The notes under the pieces are model-generated. The model was not told where the DNA came from and did not search any database. It saw only the letters and a program-made list of their open reading frames with translations. From an uncultured Gammaproteobacteria bacterium (GTDB lineage: Bacteria > Pseudomonadota > Gammaproteobacteria > UBA9214): DNA of 64,000 nt. Shown here piece after piece: positions 9,759-19,795 of this stretch. The DNA is taken from positions 32,001-96,000 of the forward strand of contig CAVYZN010000017.1 in NCBI GenBank assembly GCA_963773065.1. The letters run 5' to 3'. How positions within the stretch are numbered: position 1 is the first letter of the stretch; every line of letters starts with the position of its first letter. The position numbers and the translations under genes are program-made.

Positions 9759-11480
9759 TTACCGGATCTTCACCTTGATCAATTCTTCACCATCCGGGTC
9801 GGTGACATGCACGGCACAGGCGATGCAGGGATCGAAGCTGTGGATGGTGCGCAATATCTCGACCGGCGCCTTGGCGTCATGCAGGGTATGGTTATCCTGC
9901 AACGCCGCCTCATAGGCTCCCGGTTGACCACTGGGATCGCGTGGTCCAGCATTCCAGGTGCTGGGAACAACCGCCTGATAGTTGGCGATCTTGCCGTCCT
10001 CGATTACGATCCAGTGCGCCAGCGCACCGCGCGGGGCCTCCATGAAACCCACCCCCCTGGCCTGCTGTGGCCAGGTGGAGGGATCCCAGAGGACATCGTT
10101 GAAGGTCTTGGTATCACCGGCCTTGATATTGGCGATCAGGTTGTCATACCAAACCTGTATTTTATCGGCGATGATCTTGGTCTCCAGGGTGCGGGCCGCG
10201 GTTCTGCCCAGCGTCGAGAACAACGCCTTCACGGGTATATCGAGTTTCTTCAGCGTCATGTTGACCAGATCCTTGGTCTGTTCATGGCCGCGCGCATACA
10301 ACATCAGCACCCGCGCCAGCGGACCGACTTCCATGGCGCGCCCCTTCCAGCGCGGCGCCTTGAGCCAGGAATAGGACTGCTCGACATCGAGGTGATCATA
10401 GGGTGGTTTCGGGCCGGTGTAGTTGAGTTCGGTTTCGCCATCGTAGGGGTGCAGGCCCTGATCCTTGCCGGCGCTGTAGTTGTACCAGGAATGGGAGACG
10501 TATTCCTGGATTTGATCGGCCGCGTGCATATCGACATCCTGTATTGAGGTAAGGTCGCGGTTGAGAATGACGCCTGAGGGGATCAGGTAGCTCGATGGAT
10601 CATCCATGCCCTTCTCCGGAAAATCCCCATAGGTCATGAAATTGCCCAGACCTTCACCGCGCCCGCCCCAGTCCTTGTAAAAGCCGGCAATGGCAAGCGT
10701 ATCGGGCACGTAGACCTGATCGACGAAGTCCCGCATCTTGTGAATGATGTCCTGGACGAGCGACAGCCGTTCGGCATTGATGGCGGAATCCGAATTGAGG
10801 TCAATCGGTGAAGGCACACCGCCGACCACGAAATTGGGATGCGGGTTCTTGCCGCCGAAGATGGTATGCAGCCGGGCGACATCGCGCTGCCAGGCCAGGG
10901 CCTCGAGATAATGAGCGACCGCCATCAGATTCGCCTCTGGCGGCAGTTTGTAGGCCGGATGCCCCCAGTAGGCCTTGGCAAAGATCCCCAGTTGGCCGGC
11001 GTCGACGAAATCCTTCAGCTTCTTCTTCGTATCGGCAAAATAGCCGGGAGAAGACTTGGGGTAGTTGCTCAGTGACTGCGCCAGTTCCGAGGTTGCCTTG
11101 GGGTCTGCCGACAGCCCGGACACCACGTCGACCCAGTCCAGGGCGTGCAGGTGATAGAAGTGCATCACGTGGTCGTGCACATACTGGGCCGCGATCATCA
11201 GATTGCGGATCAACTGGGCGTTGGGCGGTATCTGATAGTTGAGCGCATTTTCCACGGCGCGCACCGAGGCGATGCCATGCACCAGGGTGCAGACGCCGCA
11301 GATACGCTGCGCGAAGGCCCAGGCATCGCGCGGATCGCGCCCGCGCAGGATGATCTCGATGCCGCGCACCATGGTTCCGGAGGAGTACGCCTGCGCGATA
11401 CGATCGCCGTCCATTTGCGCCTCGATGCGCAGATGGCCTTCGATACGGGTAATGGGGTCAACGACGACACGTTCATTCAT
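9759..11480 (-). CDS. hynL: [NiFe]-hydrogenase large subunit (group 1e, Hyn/Hyd)
   Basis: DPITRIEGH, L1 RICGVC and L2 FDPCIACAVH followed by a cleavable C-terminal tail; isp1/isp2 context. Confidence 0.95.
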   Translation of the reverse strand: MNERVVVDPITRIEGHLRIEAQMDGDRIAQAYSSGTMVRGIEIILRGRDPRDAWAFAQRICGVCTLVHGIASVRAVENALNYQIPPNAQLIRNLMIAAQYVHDHVMHFYHLHALDWVDVVSGLSADPKATSELAQSLSNYPKSSPGYFADTKKKLKDFVDAGQLGIFAKAYWGHPAYKLPPEANLMAVAHYLEALAWQRDVARLHTIFGGKNPHPNFVVGGVPSPIDLNSDSAINAERLSLVQDIIHKMRDFVDQVYVPDTLAIAGFYKDWGGRGEGLGNFMTYGDFPEKGMDDPSSYLIPSGVILNRDLTSIQDVDMHAADQIQEYVSHSWYNYSAGKDQGLHPYDGETELNYTGPKPPYDHLDVEQSYSWLKAPRWKGRAMEVGPLARVLMLYARGHEQTKDLVNMTLKKLDIPVKALFSTLGRTAARTLETKIIADKIQVWYDNLIANIKAGDTKTFNDVLWDPSTWPQQARGVGFMEAPRGALAHWIVIEDGKIANYQAVVPSTWNAGPRDPSGQPGAYEAALQDNHTLHDAKAPVEILRTIHSFDPCIACAVHVTDPDGEELIKVKIR

Positions 11481-11494
11481 GAGGCGTACTCTCT

Positions 11495-11947
11495 TTATGC
11501 GGTGAGATATTCGGACAGAATGCGATATTGTTGTTTCCTTGCCTGCCCGGCGTTGTCTTCAGCGGTATCTATCGACCTGCAGGTCTCGGCCATCCGGCTG
11601 CTCATGGCCGCGTGCCAGGCGGAACCACCGGCCATCTGTCCCGCGGGTGAAACGGCGGCGGCGGCCGCGCGCGCCACGAAATAACCGGCCTGATCCTTCC
11701 AGTCGCACTCGGCGCCGCAACGTGCGTGGCTGTCGATAATGGCGACCTTCGCGGTATGCAGCGCCGTGGCCAGTTCATCGGCCGAGGCATGCGGGTTGGC
11801 GGCGACCTTAACCACGCGAGAAACCCGCTCGTCGTCGCAGAGCGGGAGTACGCTTTCAACAAAGCGCGCCGCCAGGGCGCGTTGCCGGGCAGGTTCCAGG
11901 CTCTCGAGCTTCTGCCTGAATTCGATGTCATTGCGTATCTCTGTCAT
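11495..11947 (-). CDS. Hypothetical protein inside the hyn operon
   Basis: 150 aa, overlaps the isp2 stop (ATGA), helical, contains RCGAECDW. Confidence 0.8.
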   Translation of the reverse strand: MTEIRNDIEFRQKLESLEPARQRALAARFVESVLPLCDDERVSRVVKVAANPHASADELATALHTAKVAIIDSHARCGAECDWKDQAGYFVARAAAAAVSPAGQMAGGSAWHAAMSSRMAETCRSIDTAEDNAGQARKQQYRILSEYLTA

Positions 11948-13230
11948 GATGGCCTCGCCTCGGGGTGTTTTTCACCCGCCAGGTGTTCCGCGATCGTTTC
12001 GGTCAGACTGATGACCGGTATATCCATGTGATTTTCCTCCAGCCCTTCCTCCAGTTGGATGCGGCAGTTGGCACAGGCCGTCACCAGCGCATCCGGCGCG
12101 ACGGCGTCGAGCTGGGCCTTCTTGCGCTTGAAGGCCTTCATCTTAAGCACTTCGGCGCGTTCATTGGCGCTGACGCCGCCCCCCGCGCCGCAACACCAGT
12201 TCATGATGCCGGTATCGGGCATTTCGACGAAGTTTTCCGCCACCATCTTGAGGAGATTGCGTGGCTGCTCGTACACGCCGCCCCGACGGGATATCTGGCA
12301 GGGGTCGTGATAAGTCAGCCGCCGGCTCTCCTTGCCCGTGGTGCGCAGCTTGCCGGCTTTGCGCAGCTCGTCCAGCACCTCAAGAATGTGTACCACCTTG
12401 AACGTATATGGCCGGCCGATCAGGTTCGGGCCCTCCCAGCGGATCGCCATGTAAGCATGGCCGCACTCGGGGCTGATCACCGCCTTGACCTTGAGCTTCT
12501 CCGCGGCCTTGACGATTCGATCCACCAGTACCGCCGCGATTTCCGACACGCCGATCTGGATGCCGCTGTTGGTGGCCTCGAAGGCCTCGCTGGAAATCGT
12601 CCAGGACACGCCGGTTTCATGGAAGATCCTGGCGATCGCGCCGATGTACTCCGGGAAATTCATGATCTCCATGGAAGACAGCGTGCATAGATAGTCCGCA
12701 CCCACGACATCGACCGGGATGGAAAAACCGATTTCCTCTTCCGTATGCCTGATCTGGGCCTCAAGGGCCGGGTACTTGACGCCCATCGGACTGCCAATGG
12801 TAACCGCGCGCTGGGTGGCGCCGATCAACCCCGGAGGTGCATGTCCGGAGGCGGCCATGCCCTCGCGCATCTTGCGGATCATGTAAGTGATGTCGTTGCC
12901 GACCGGACACACCATCGTGCAGCGTCCGCACATCGTGCAACTGTCATAAACCAGCGTTTCCCATTCGGTGAGTTCTGCATCGGTGACCGGTTTGCTCAAA
13001 CCCACTGCACTGGCGAGTTTGCCCCAGAAGGTGTACTCCTGCCGCCATACCTTGCGCAGCGGTTCGAGCTTGTAGATCGGGGTGTATTTCGGATCCCGGG
13101 TCTCCGTGAAAAACAAGCAGGCCTCGGCGCACATGCCGCAATGGACACAACTGCTGAAGAAAGACGCCGTCGGCGCGTCGATCTGCTCCCTGAAGGCATT
13201 GAGGCCGCGCGCCAGCGTCGGGCCGCTCAT
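11944..13230 (-). CDS. isp2: Isp2, heterodisulfide-reductase/DsrK-like Fe-S protein
   Basis: CVHCGMCAEAC and CTMCGRCTMVCP ferredoxin motifs; CCG domain (YHDPC, WCCGAGGG, TACANC). Start MSGPT overlaps the isp1 stop. Confidence 0.9.
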   Translation of the reverse strand: MSGPTLARGLNAFREQIDAPTASFFSSCVHCGMCAEACLFFTETRDPKYTPIYKLEPLRKVWRQEYTFWGKLASAVGLSKPVTDAELTEWETLVYDSCTMCGRCTMVCPVGNDITYMIRKMREGMAASGHAPPGLIGATQRAVTIGSPMGVKYPALEAQIRHTEEEIGFSIPVDVVGADYLCTLSSMEIMNFPEYIGAIARIFHETGVSWTISSEAFEATNSGIQIGVSEIAAVLVDRIVKAAEKLKVKAVISPECGHAYMAIRWEGPNLIGRPYTFKVVHILEVLDELRKAGKLRTTGKESRRLTYHDPCQISRRGGVYEQPRNLLKMVAENFVEMPDTGIMNWCCGAGGGVSANERAEVLKMKAFKRKKAQLDAVAPDALVTACANCRIQLEEGLEENHMDIPVISLTETIAEHLAGEKHPEARPS

Positions 13231-13886
13231 GAGTTCACCCCCCGATAGCCGGCAATGGCGCCGTTGTACCAGCGTGACATGAATAGCGTGAAGGCATGCG
13301 CCAGCTTGGTAAACGGAAAGGCGATCATCAGCAGTTCCACACTGAGTATGTGGATGGCGATCAGGGTCGGCGGCGGCAGCCCGATGCGGTGAAAGGCGAC
13401 ATAGCCGGTAATCACCGGCAGGATAGTCAGGAACCAGACGAAGTAGTCCTGGAAGCGGGACAGGAAACGCAGCACCGGATCCTTGATCCGGTGCAGCAGC
13501 ACCGCCACCAGCGCGATGATGGTAATGACGGCGGTTGCATCCACCACCGGGGTCGGCAATGCCGGCCAACTGATGCCCAGCACCTCATCGATGACCAGGA
13601 TGTGGGGCGCAAACAGCAGAATGGTGACGAACAGACCGGCGTGAAAGACATACCCGGAGACCAGGGTAAATGCCGAGCGCTTGAAGGTGCCGCTGTCGGG
13701 CCAGGTGCGCGTGATGATGGTACGCAAGCCGCCGGCGAGCGCCGATCCGCGCGCTTCGGCCAGATTGGGCTTCCTGCCGAGGATCATTATTTCCAGAATC
13801 CGCACGATGATTCCGACGACGAAAATCACCGTCGCGATCTGGAATGCCGGACCCCGCACCCACAGGAGAAATTCGGTTTCCGTCAT
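13227..13886 (-). CDS. isp1: Isp1, NarI/DsrM-like membrane cytochrome b
   Basis: Five hydrophobic helices with heme-ligand His residues (YVFHAG, FAPHIL, AIHILS, KLAHAF). Confidence 0.9.
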   Translation of the reverse strand: MTETEFLLWVRGPAFQIATVIFVVGIIVRILEIMILGRKPNLAEARGSALAGGLRTIITRTWPDSGTFKRSAFTLVSGYVFHAGLFVTILLFAPHILVIDEVLGISWPALPTPVVDATAVITIIALVAVLLHRIKDPVLRFLSRFQDYFVWFLTILPVITGYVAFHRIGLPPPTLIAIHILSVELLMIAFPFTKLAHAFTLFMSRWYNGAIAGYRGVNS

Positions 13887-13889
13887 CGC

Positions 13890-14978
13890 TCAGCCCCCCT
13901 TCTCAAGGTCATTGATGGTGACTTTTTCATGCTGGCGTACCGCACGCGCCTTCCCGGCCCGGTACAAGGCACCCAGTGCGACGCCGGCGCCCACACCGGC
14001 CGCCGCGCCGTAGAGGGCCGTCCGCGCGGTGTCTTCCGTCGGAATGGACAGGGCATGGTAGAAGCCGCCGGCATCCCAGAAATCGGGCTCGGCGCAACCC
14101 AGGCAGGGATGCCCCGACTGAATCGGGAAGCTGGTCCCCTGGTTCCACTTGGTCGTCGCGCAGGCATTATAGGTCGTCGGACCCTTGCAGCCCAGTTTGT
14201 AGAGACACCAGCCTTTCTTCGCCCCTTCGTCATCGAAGGATTCGGCAAACAGGCCCTTGTCGTAGAACGGACGGCGGTAACAGCGGTCGTGGATGCTCTT
14301 GCCGTAAAAAGCCTTGGGCCGGTGCAGTTCATCGAGTTCCGGAATACCGAAGGTCAGGAAGTGGGTCAGGACGCCGGTGATCACCACCGGGATGGGCGGG
14401 CAGCCGGAAACATTGATGATGGGCTTGTCCTTGATCAAGTCGGAAACCGACACCGCGCCGGTGGGGTTGGGCCTGGCATGGGGGATACCGCCAAATGAGG
14501 CGCAACTGCCGATTGCAACGATGGCGGCCGCACCCGCCGCAGCTTCCATGAGCATGTCGACGTTGCTGATGCCGGCAATGGTCGAGTAACCGGGATTCGC
14601 GGTGGGTATTGAGCCATCGACCACCAATACATACTTGCCCCAGTTTTCCTTCATGGCGGACTCACGGGCATCCTCTGCCCCGGTACCGGAGGCGGCCTGC
14701 AGGGTATGGTGATAGTCGAGCGAAATGGTATTGAATATCAGATCCTCGACCGAGGCGGCATCACTTCGCGTCAGGGACTCCGTGCAGCCGGTACATTCCT
14801 GAAAGGACAGCCAGATCACCGAAGGCCGGCGGGCTTTCTCCAGGGCGGCCGCGATGACCGGGACCATGCCGGGCGGCAAGGCCAGCAATGAGGCCGTGGC
14901 GGCACAGAATTTGAGGAAACCCCTGCGGGAGATGCCCTGTTGTCTGAGTGTCTCGCCTAGCGTCTGGTCCGTTTTCAT
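13890..14978 (-). CDS. hynS: [NiFe]-hydrogenase small subunit
   Basis: Tat motif SRRGFLK, ECTGC, GCPP, HDRCYRR, CLYKLGCKGP and a C-terminal anchor helix. Confidence 0.95.
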   Translation of the reverse strand: MKTDQTLGETLRQQGISRRGFLKFCAATASLLALPPGMVPVIAAALEKARRPSVIWLSFQECTGCTESLTRSDAASVEDLIFNTISLDYHHTLQAASGTGAEDARESAMKENWGKYVLVVDGSIPTANPGYSTIAGISNVDMLMEAAAGAAAIVAIGSCASFGGIPHARPNPTGAVSVSDLIKDKPIINVSGCPPIPVVITGVLTHFLTFGIPELDELHRPKAFYGKSIHDRCYRRPFYDKGLFAESFDDEGAKKGWCLYKLGCKGPTTYNACATTKWNQGTSFPIQSGHPCLGCAEPDFWDAGGFYHALSIPTEDTARTALYGAAAGVGAGVALGALYRAGKARAVRQHEKVTINDLEKGG

Positions 14979-15014
14979 TGGTAAGGCCTCCGGTAACGCA
15001 CATCAAGGATTTTG

Positions 15015-15029
15015 GTTACACACTGTAAC
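15015..15029. promoter_or_regulatory. Palindromic operator candidate upstream of hynS
   Basis: Perfect GTTACA-CAC-TGTAAC in the AT-rich spacer between hupH and hynS. Confidence 0.35.
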
Positions 15030-15064
15030 ATTCAAGCATGAAACAATTTCCAGATTTATGAACT

Positions 15065-15481
15065 TCACGAGGCTGCGGTATCCATCAAGCGCGCCTTGAG
15101 CCGCTCAAGACCGGCGGCCATATCTTCGGTCTGCGACATCAGCAGCGCCGGGACGGCGGTGACCTCCACGAACTTCCCGACAATTTGATCGTCGCGATTG
15201 TAGTGGGTAACCAGCCAGACGCCCGGGAAGGACGTTTCGCGGATCTCGCTCGGCCCCAGCGCCGACAACGTGGCCCGCACCTCGCCCTCGCCCAGGGCCT
15301 GCTCGATGGCGACTTCCTCGCCCGGAGCCAGCGGAATGCCGCGCAGATCGATGACGGTCTCCTTACCCTGCTCCAGCAGTTGCGCGAGGGCATGCCGGAT
15401 CTCGTGCAGCAGCGGCTGGACGTTTAGGGTGCGGGTAACGCCGACCTCGATAGCGAACTCCGCCTGCTTCGACTGTGCCAT
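15065..15481 (-). CDS. hupH: HupH/HyaF-type hydrogenase expression/formation protein
   Basis: IDLRGIPL, LGEGEV and IRETSFPGVWLVTHYN motifs. Confidence 0.85.
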   Translation of the reverse strand: MAQSKQAEFAIEVGVTRTLNVQPLLHEIRHALAQLLEQGKETVIDLRGIPLAPGEEVAIEQALGEGEVRATLSALGPSEIRETSFPGVWLVTHYNRDDQIVGKFVEVTAVPALLMSQTEDMAAGLERLKARLMDTAAS

Positions 15482-15491
15482 GAGGGTTCTC

Positions 15492-16337
15492 TCAGACCTG
15501 CCTGACCGGCGGGCACTGCGGTTCGGCGGACCACACCAGCAACGGGCAGTTGGCATGCCGGATCACCTCGGCGGTCACGGATTCTTCCAGCGCACGCCGG
15601 GTACCGGACTTTCCGTGAGTGGCCATGGACACGAGATCGATGCTCATTTCGTCAATCTTGTTGAGGATCTCACGTATCGGTCGCTTGTAGGTGGACATGT
15701 CCAGTGACACCTTCAAACCGGCATTGGCCAGCCTGACACTGTGCTCCTGGAGTGCGGTTTTGATGGCAGCCCGGTCCCCTTCCGCTTCCGCGCTCTCCAT
15801 TTCATCATGAAAGAGGATGACTTCCGAATCATGCGCCTTTGCGAAGACTTCAACGCAACTGAGAATCGCGGCCGAGGCATTCGACCCGTCCAGCGGTACC
15901 AGGATGCGCCGGAACAGGTCCTCCTTGCGTCTCTCGGCCGGTTCGACGCGTGAGCTGTGCAGTATGAAGACCGGACACGGCGATTGCCTGAGCACCTGTT
16001 CGGTTACGCTTCCTTCGCGGATCCGCTCCAGTCCGGTGCGTCCATGGGTGGACATCAGCAGCATGGTGGCGGGATTGAGCAGGGTGTACTTCACGATCTC
16101 GTCAACCGCATCGCCCATACGTGTCTCGCGTTTGACGCTCCAGCCGTCCTGACTCAGCGCGTCGTGGATATCCTGGATATGCGCATTGATTTCATCGGAA
16201 GGTACTTTTTGCCCGACCGGCAATACATGCAACAGGGTTATCACGGTATCACCACGGGGCATGATAGACGTGGAATAGAGGAGTATCTCATCGACAGACT
16301 CGGTACCATCCAGCGGGATAATGATCTTGTTTTCCAT
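15492..16337 (-). CDS. Tandem-domain universal stress protein
   Basis: Two USP domains (IIIPLDG...MSTHGRTG...GSVTEQVLRQSPCPV; ILVPLDGS...MATHG...SVTAEVIRHANCP). Alternative start at 16370. Confidence 0.9.
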   Translation of the reverse strand: MENKIIIPLDGTESVDEILLYSTSIMPRGDTVITLLHVLPVGQKVPSDEINAHIQDIHDALSQDGWSVKRETRMGDAVDEIVKYTLLNPATMLLMSTHGRTGLERIREGSVTEQVLRQSPCPVFILHSSRVEPAERRKEDLFRRILVPLDGSNASAAILSCVEVFAKAHDSEVILFHDEMESAEAEGDRAAIKTALQEHSVRLANAGLKVSLDMSTYKRPIREILNKIDEMSIDLVSMATHGKSGTRRALEESVTAEVIRHANCPLLVWSAEPQCPPVRQV

Positions 16338-16435
16338 GTCGCTATGCCCCTGTTTGACTGTAGCCGGCATGTCGTCCCACCCGTGCCGGCCGACGCTACC
16401 GGTTGTAACTAAATAATAGATACCAGCCGGACGCC

Positions 16436-16449
16436 ATGATCTGCATCAA
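16436..16449. promoter_or_regulatory. FNR-type box upstream of usp-hupH-hyn
   Basis: The minus strand reads TTGAT-GCAG-ATCAT (9/10 consensus). Confidence 0.65.
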
Positions 16450-16462
16450 CAATGTTACTGAA

Positions 16463-16945
16463 TCAACCGCACCCGACTGCCCATCGCTCGATCAAATTCA
16501 GCGCCTGCGTAGCCACTTCCGGAAATGCCCGGCTGACAGGCGGGCTCGGCGCCTCCCCCCAGCAGAACATCTCGGGCTGGATCGCGATGAGGGCGCGGCG
16601 CCGGGGAAGGGCGTCCATCAATCTGGCGATATCCATGAGGTCGAGCAGACCGACTTCATGGACGCTGCATTTACCCTGGCCGAGAAACCGATCCATCTCA
16701 TTGCCGGTCATGCAGCGGACCGTACCCGGCGCTGCTTGCAGTTGCGCGGCGTCGATCACGATCAGATTGTCGACATCCTCGATCTCGCCCGCCAGAGTAA
16801 AACTCAGGGTGCCGCCATCCAGATAGTGAACGCCGGGGATTTCCGGGTGACGGCTGCGCAGATACTCCAGCGCATGAACGCCCGCCCCTTCATCCGAGAG
16901 CAGCGTATTCCCGATGCCCAGTATCAGCGTATGATTCCTCGCCAA
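16463..16945 (-). CDS. hynD: Hydrogenase maturation endopeptidase (HyaD/HybD/HynD)
   Basis: LGIGNTLLSDEGAG, DGGT, IDAA and SVHEVGL. Confidence 0.92.
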   Translation of the reverse strand: MARNHTLILGIGNTLLSDEGAGVHALEYLRSRHPEIPGVHYLDGGTLSFTLAGEIEDVDNLIVIDAAQLQAAPGTVRCMTGNEMDRFLGQGKCSVHEVGLLDLMDIARLMDALPRRRALIAIQPEMFCWGEAPSPPVSRAFPEVATQALNLIERWAVGCG

Positions 16946-17115
16946 CGGTAGGATTCCTTGTCCTGACGGCGCCGTGTATCCGCCGCTTGGCGGAGACTCA
17001 TGTTTTTAGTGTTTCTACTATACTGTCAATTTCCGCACAAATTGGCTACGATAAACATTTAGACGCTTTGACCAGTAAAAGCAAGTCGTACAATGAAAAC
17101 GGAGGCAGCCCTGCC

Positions 17116-17346
17116 ATGTGCCTGGGGATTCCAATGCAAATCGTGGCGATCGATGGTTACACGGCGCACTGCGAGGCCAAGGGGGTAAGGCGTGATGTCA
17201 GCCTGTTCATGCTGCAGGACGAAAATCCGCAGACGGGCGATCACATCGTGGTACATGTCGGTTACGCCATCCAGATAATCACCCCCCAGGAGGCGCGCAC
17301 CGCCTGGGAACTCTATGACCAGATGCTCGAGGGCGGCCATGCATGA
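17116..17346 (+). CDS. hypC: HypC/HybG chaperone
   Basis: MCLGIP N-terminus and VHVGYAI; GGAGG RBS. Confidence 0.95.
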   Translation: MCLGIPMQIVAIDGYTAHCEAKGVRRDVSLFMLQDENPQTGDHIVVHVGYAIQIITPQEARTAWELYDQMLEGGHA

Positions 17347-17734
17347 GCTTTCCCTCTGTCAGGCGCTGATCGAACAGGTCGAGGCGATCGCCCGCGAGCA
17401 GGCGGCGCAAGAGGTACTTCTGATTCATCTGGCCATAGGCCCGCTATCCGGCGTGGAGCCACGGTTACTGGAGCAGGCCTTGCCCTTCGCCAGTGCGGGA
17501 ACGATCGCCGCCGGCGCCGAGCTGGTGATCGATTACCTGCCGGTCAGGGTGCGGTGCCAGGCATGTGGCAATACAACAGAGGCCCTGCCGAGCCGCCTGA
17601 CCTGTGGAGACTGCGGGGATTGTCGTACCACCCTGGTAAGCGGAGATGAATTGCTGCTCATGCGCGTTGAACTCGCCGTAGCGGCCGAGAACATACGACA
17701 GGATGTCGCCCGGGAAACCCACGCGCGGTTTTAA
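17339..17734 (+). CDS. hypA: HypA nickel metallochaperone
   Basis: MHELSL, two CxxC motifs and SGDEL. Confidence 0.95.
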   Translation: MHELSLCQALIEQVEAIAREQAAQEVLLIHLAIGPLSGVEPRLLEQALPFASAGTIAAGAELVIDYLPVRVRCQACGNTTEALPSRLTCGDCGDCRTTLVSGDELLLMRVELAVAAENIRQDVARETHARF

Positions 17735-17811
17735 ATACTCGCCCAACGACCATGCCCGTTACTTCACCCGTCATTACGTTCGCAGCGGTGTATTTTTAAG
17801 GAGGACGCACG

Positions 17812-18639
17812 ATGTGTAACACCTGCGGCTGCAACTTGACCCACGGCAACGCCCACCTGGTGAAACCGGGCGGCAAGCTGTACCGGAGCGAGGGGGGACG
17901 TGAAACGGTGCAGGTTCTGCGGGGACTGCTGCACGAGAATGATCATGCCGCCGCCCATAACCGCCGGCATTTTGACAATCACGGAGTGCTGGCCATCAAC
18001 CTCATGTCGGCCCCCGGCGCCGGCAAGACCTTCCTGCTCGAATCCACCATCGACGCCCTGGGCAAGGAGCTTTCCATTGCCGTCATCGAAGGCGACCTCG
18101 AGACCGAGAACGATGCCGAGCGGATTCGCGCCCGCGGCGTGGATGCAATTCAGATCACCACCGGTACGGCCTGCCATCTCGACGCCCACATGCTGCACGA
18201 TGCCCTGCATCATCTCAACCTCGACGGCGTGGATGTCGTGTTCATCGAAAATGTCGGCAACCTGGTCTGTCCGGCGAGCTTCGATCTGGGCCAGCACCGC
18301 AACGTGATCCTGCTGTCGGTGCCCGAAGGCGACGACAAACCGGCCAAGTACCCGGTCATGTTCCGCGCCGCCGACCTGGTGCTGCTGAGCAAATGCGACC
18401 TGCTGGCGGTGCTCGATGATTTCAAACCGGAAAACGCCCGGCACCATGTGCGGAATCTTGCCAATCCGGCGCCGGTCTTCGAACTCTCGGCCAAGTCCGG
18501 CAGCGGCATGGCGCAGTGGTTCGACTGGCTGGGCGATGAAATCACCGCCGCCCGGCAGGCGGCAGCCGGTTCTCATACCGGTCCCGGCCATACTGCCGCC
18601 GCGATCCCGTCGGCCGGCACGCCGCTTCAAAGCACATGA
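17812..18639 (+). CDS. hypB: HypB GTPase
   Basis: MCNTCGC, SAPGAGKT, CHLDA, ENVGNLVCPA and EGDDKP. Confidence 0.95.
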   Translation: MCNTCGCNLTHGNAHLVKPGGKLYRSEGGRETVQVLRGLLHENDHAAAHNRRHFDNHGVLAINLMSAPGAGKTFLLESTIDALGKELSIAVIEGDLETENDAERIRARGVDAIQITTGTACHLDAHMLHDALHHLNLDGVDVVFIENVGNLVCPASFDLGQHRNVILLSVPEGDDKPAKYPVMFRAADLVLLSKCDLLAVLDDFKPENARHHVRNLANPAPVFELSAKSGSGMAQWFDWLGDEITAARQAAAGSHTGPGHTAAAIPSAGTPLQST

Positions 18640-19764
18640 GCCTTACCGCCAGCCAATGGCTTGAGCGTATCCGCGCACTCCCGCTGCCGGGGCGCGTGCG
18701 GATCATGAATGTCTGCGGCGGGCATGAACGCTCCATCACCAAGGCCGGGCTGCGCGCCGCCCTGCCTGAGAGCATCGAGCTGATCCCCGGCCCGGGGTGC
18801 CCTGTCTGCATCTGTCCCGAAGAGGACGTCTACGAGGCCATCCAGATCGCCCTGCATGAGGACATCATCCTGGTGGCTTTCGGCGACATGCTGCGCGTGC
18901 CGGTGAATGCGCCCAAGCGCGAGCGCGCGCTCCCTGGAACAGGCCAAGGCCATGGGCGCCGATGTACGCCCCATCGCCTCGCCGCTGGAGGCCGTCCGGA
19001 TTGCGCGTGAAAATCCCGACACGGCCGTGGTCTTCTTTGCCGCCGGTTTCGAGACCACCACCGCGCCGGTCGCCGCCATGCTGGTCGAAGGCGCGCCGGA
19101 CAATCTTTTTGTCCTGCTTTCCGGCCGGCTCACCTGGCCGGCGGTCGCCCTGCTGCTCGATTCCGGCCAACCCGGCTTCGATGCGCTGGTGGCGCCGGGC
19201 CATGTCGCGACCATCATGGGGCCCGAGGAATGGGAATTCGTGGTGGGGAAACACGCCATTCCGGCGGCGGTCGCCGGATTCACACCGGTGAGCCTGCTGG
19301 CCGCGATGTATTCCACCCTGCGCCAGTTGCTGGCGGGCCGCTGCTTCCTGGACAATTGCTACCCGGAACTGGTCCGCCCAGGCGGCAATCGCAGCGCACA
19401 GCGACACCTCAAGCAGTCCATGGATGTCACGGGCGCCGCCTGGCGCGGCGTGGGCGTGATTCCCGACTCCGGCTTCGCGCTCAACACGGCCTACCAGGCA
19501 CACGATGCGCGCCTGCAGTTCCCGTCCCATGCCGATGCGGCACGCAAGCGCGCCGGGGAGATGCCCCCCGGTTGCGACTGCGCCCGGGTGGTGCTGGGCA
19601 AGATCTACCCCAATGAATGCCAGTTGTTCGGTGTGGCCTGCCACCCCCGGCATCCCATCGGACCGTGCATGGTCTCCGACGAGGGCGCCTGCCGGATCTG
19701 GTGGAGCGGCGGCATGCGTGAACCGCTCATCCGGCCAAACCGCCCGGCCGCCGCCGACGGTTAG
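18636..19764 (+). CDS. hypD: HypD, split by one frameshift near 18925 (sequencing error or pseudogene)
   Basis: ORF 18636-19010 has CGGH and GPGCPVC; ORF 18907-19764 has GFETT, PGHV and GPCMVSDEGAC. The junction lies in the GAGCGCGCGC dinucleotide run. Confidence 0.9.
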
Positions 19765-19795
19765 CCATCGCCGGGGCCCGCTGCATTCGGCAGCC

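Noticed and set aside
13231-13569. N-terminal extension of the 541-aa Isp2 ORF
   Set aside because: It overlaps isp1 in another frame; the real start is the ATG at 13230, coupled to the isp1 stop.
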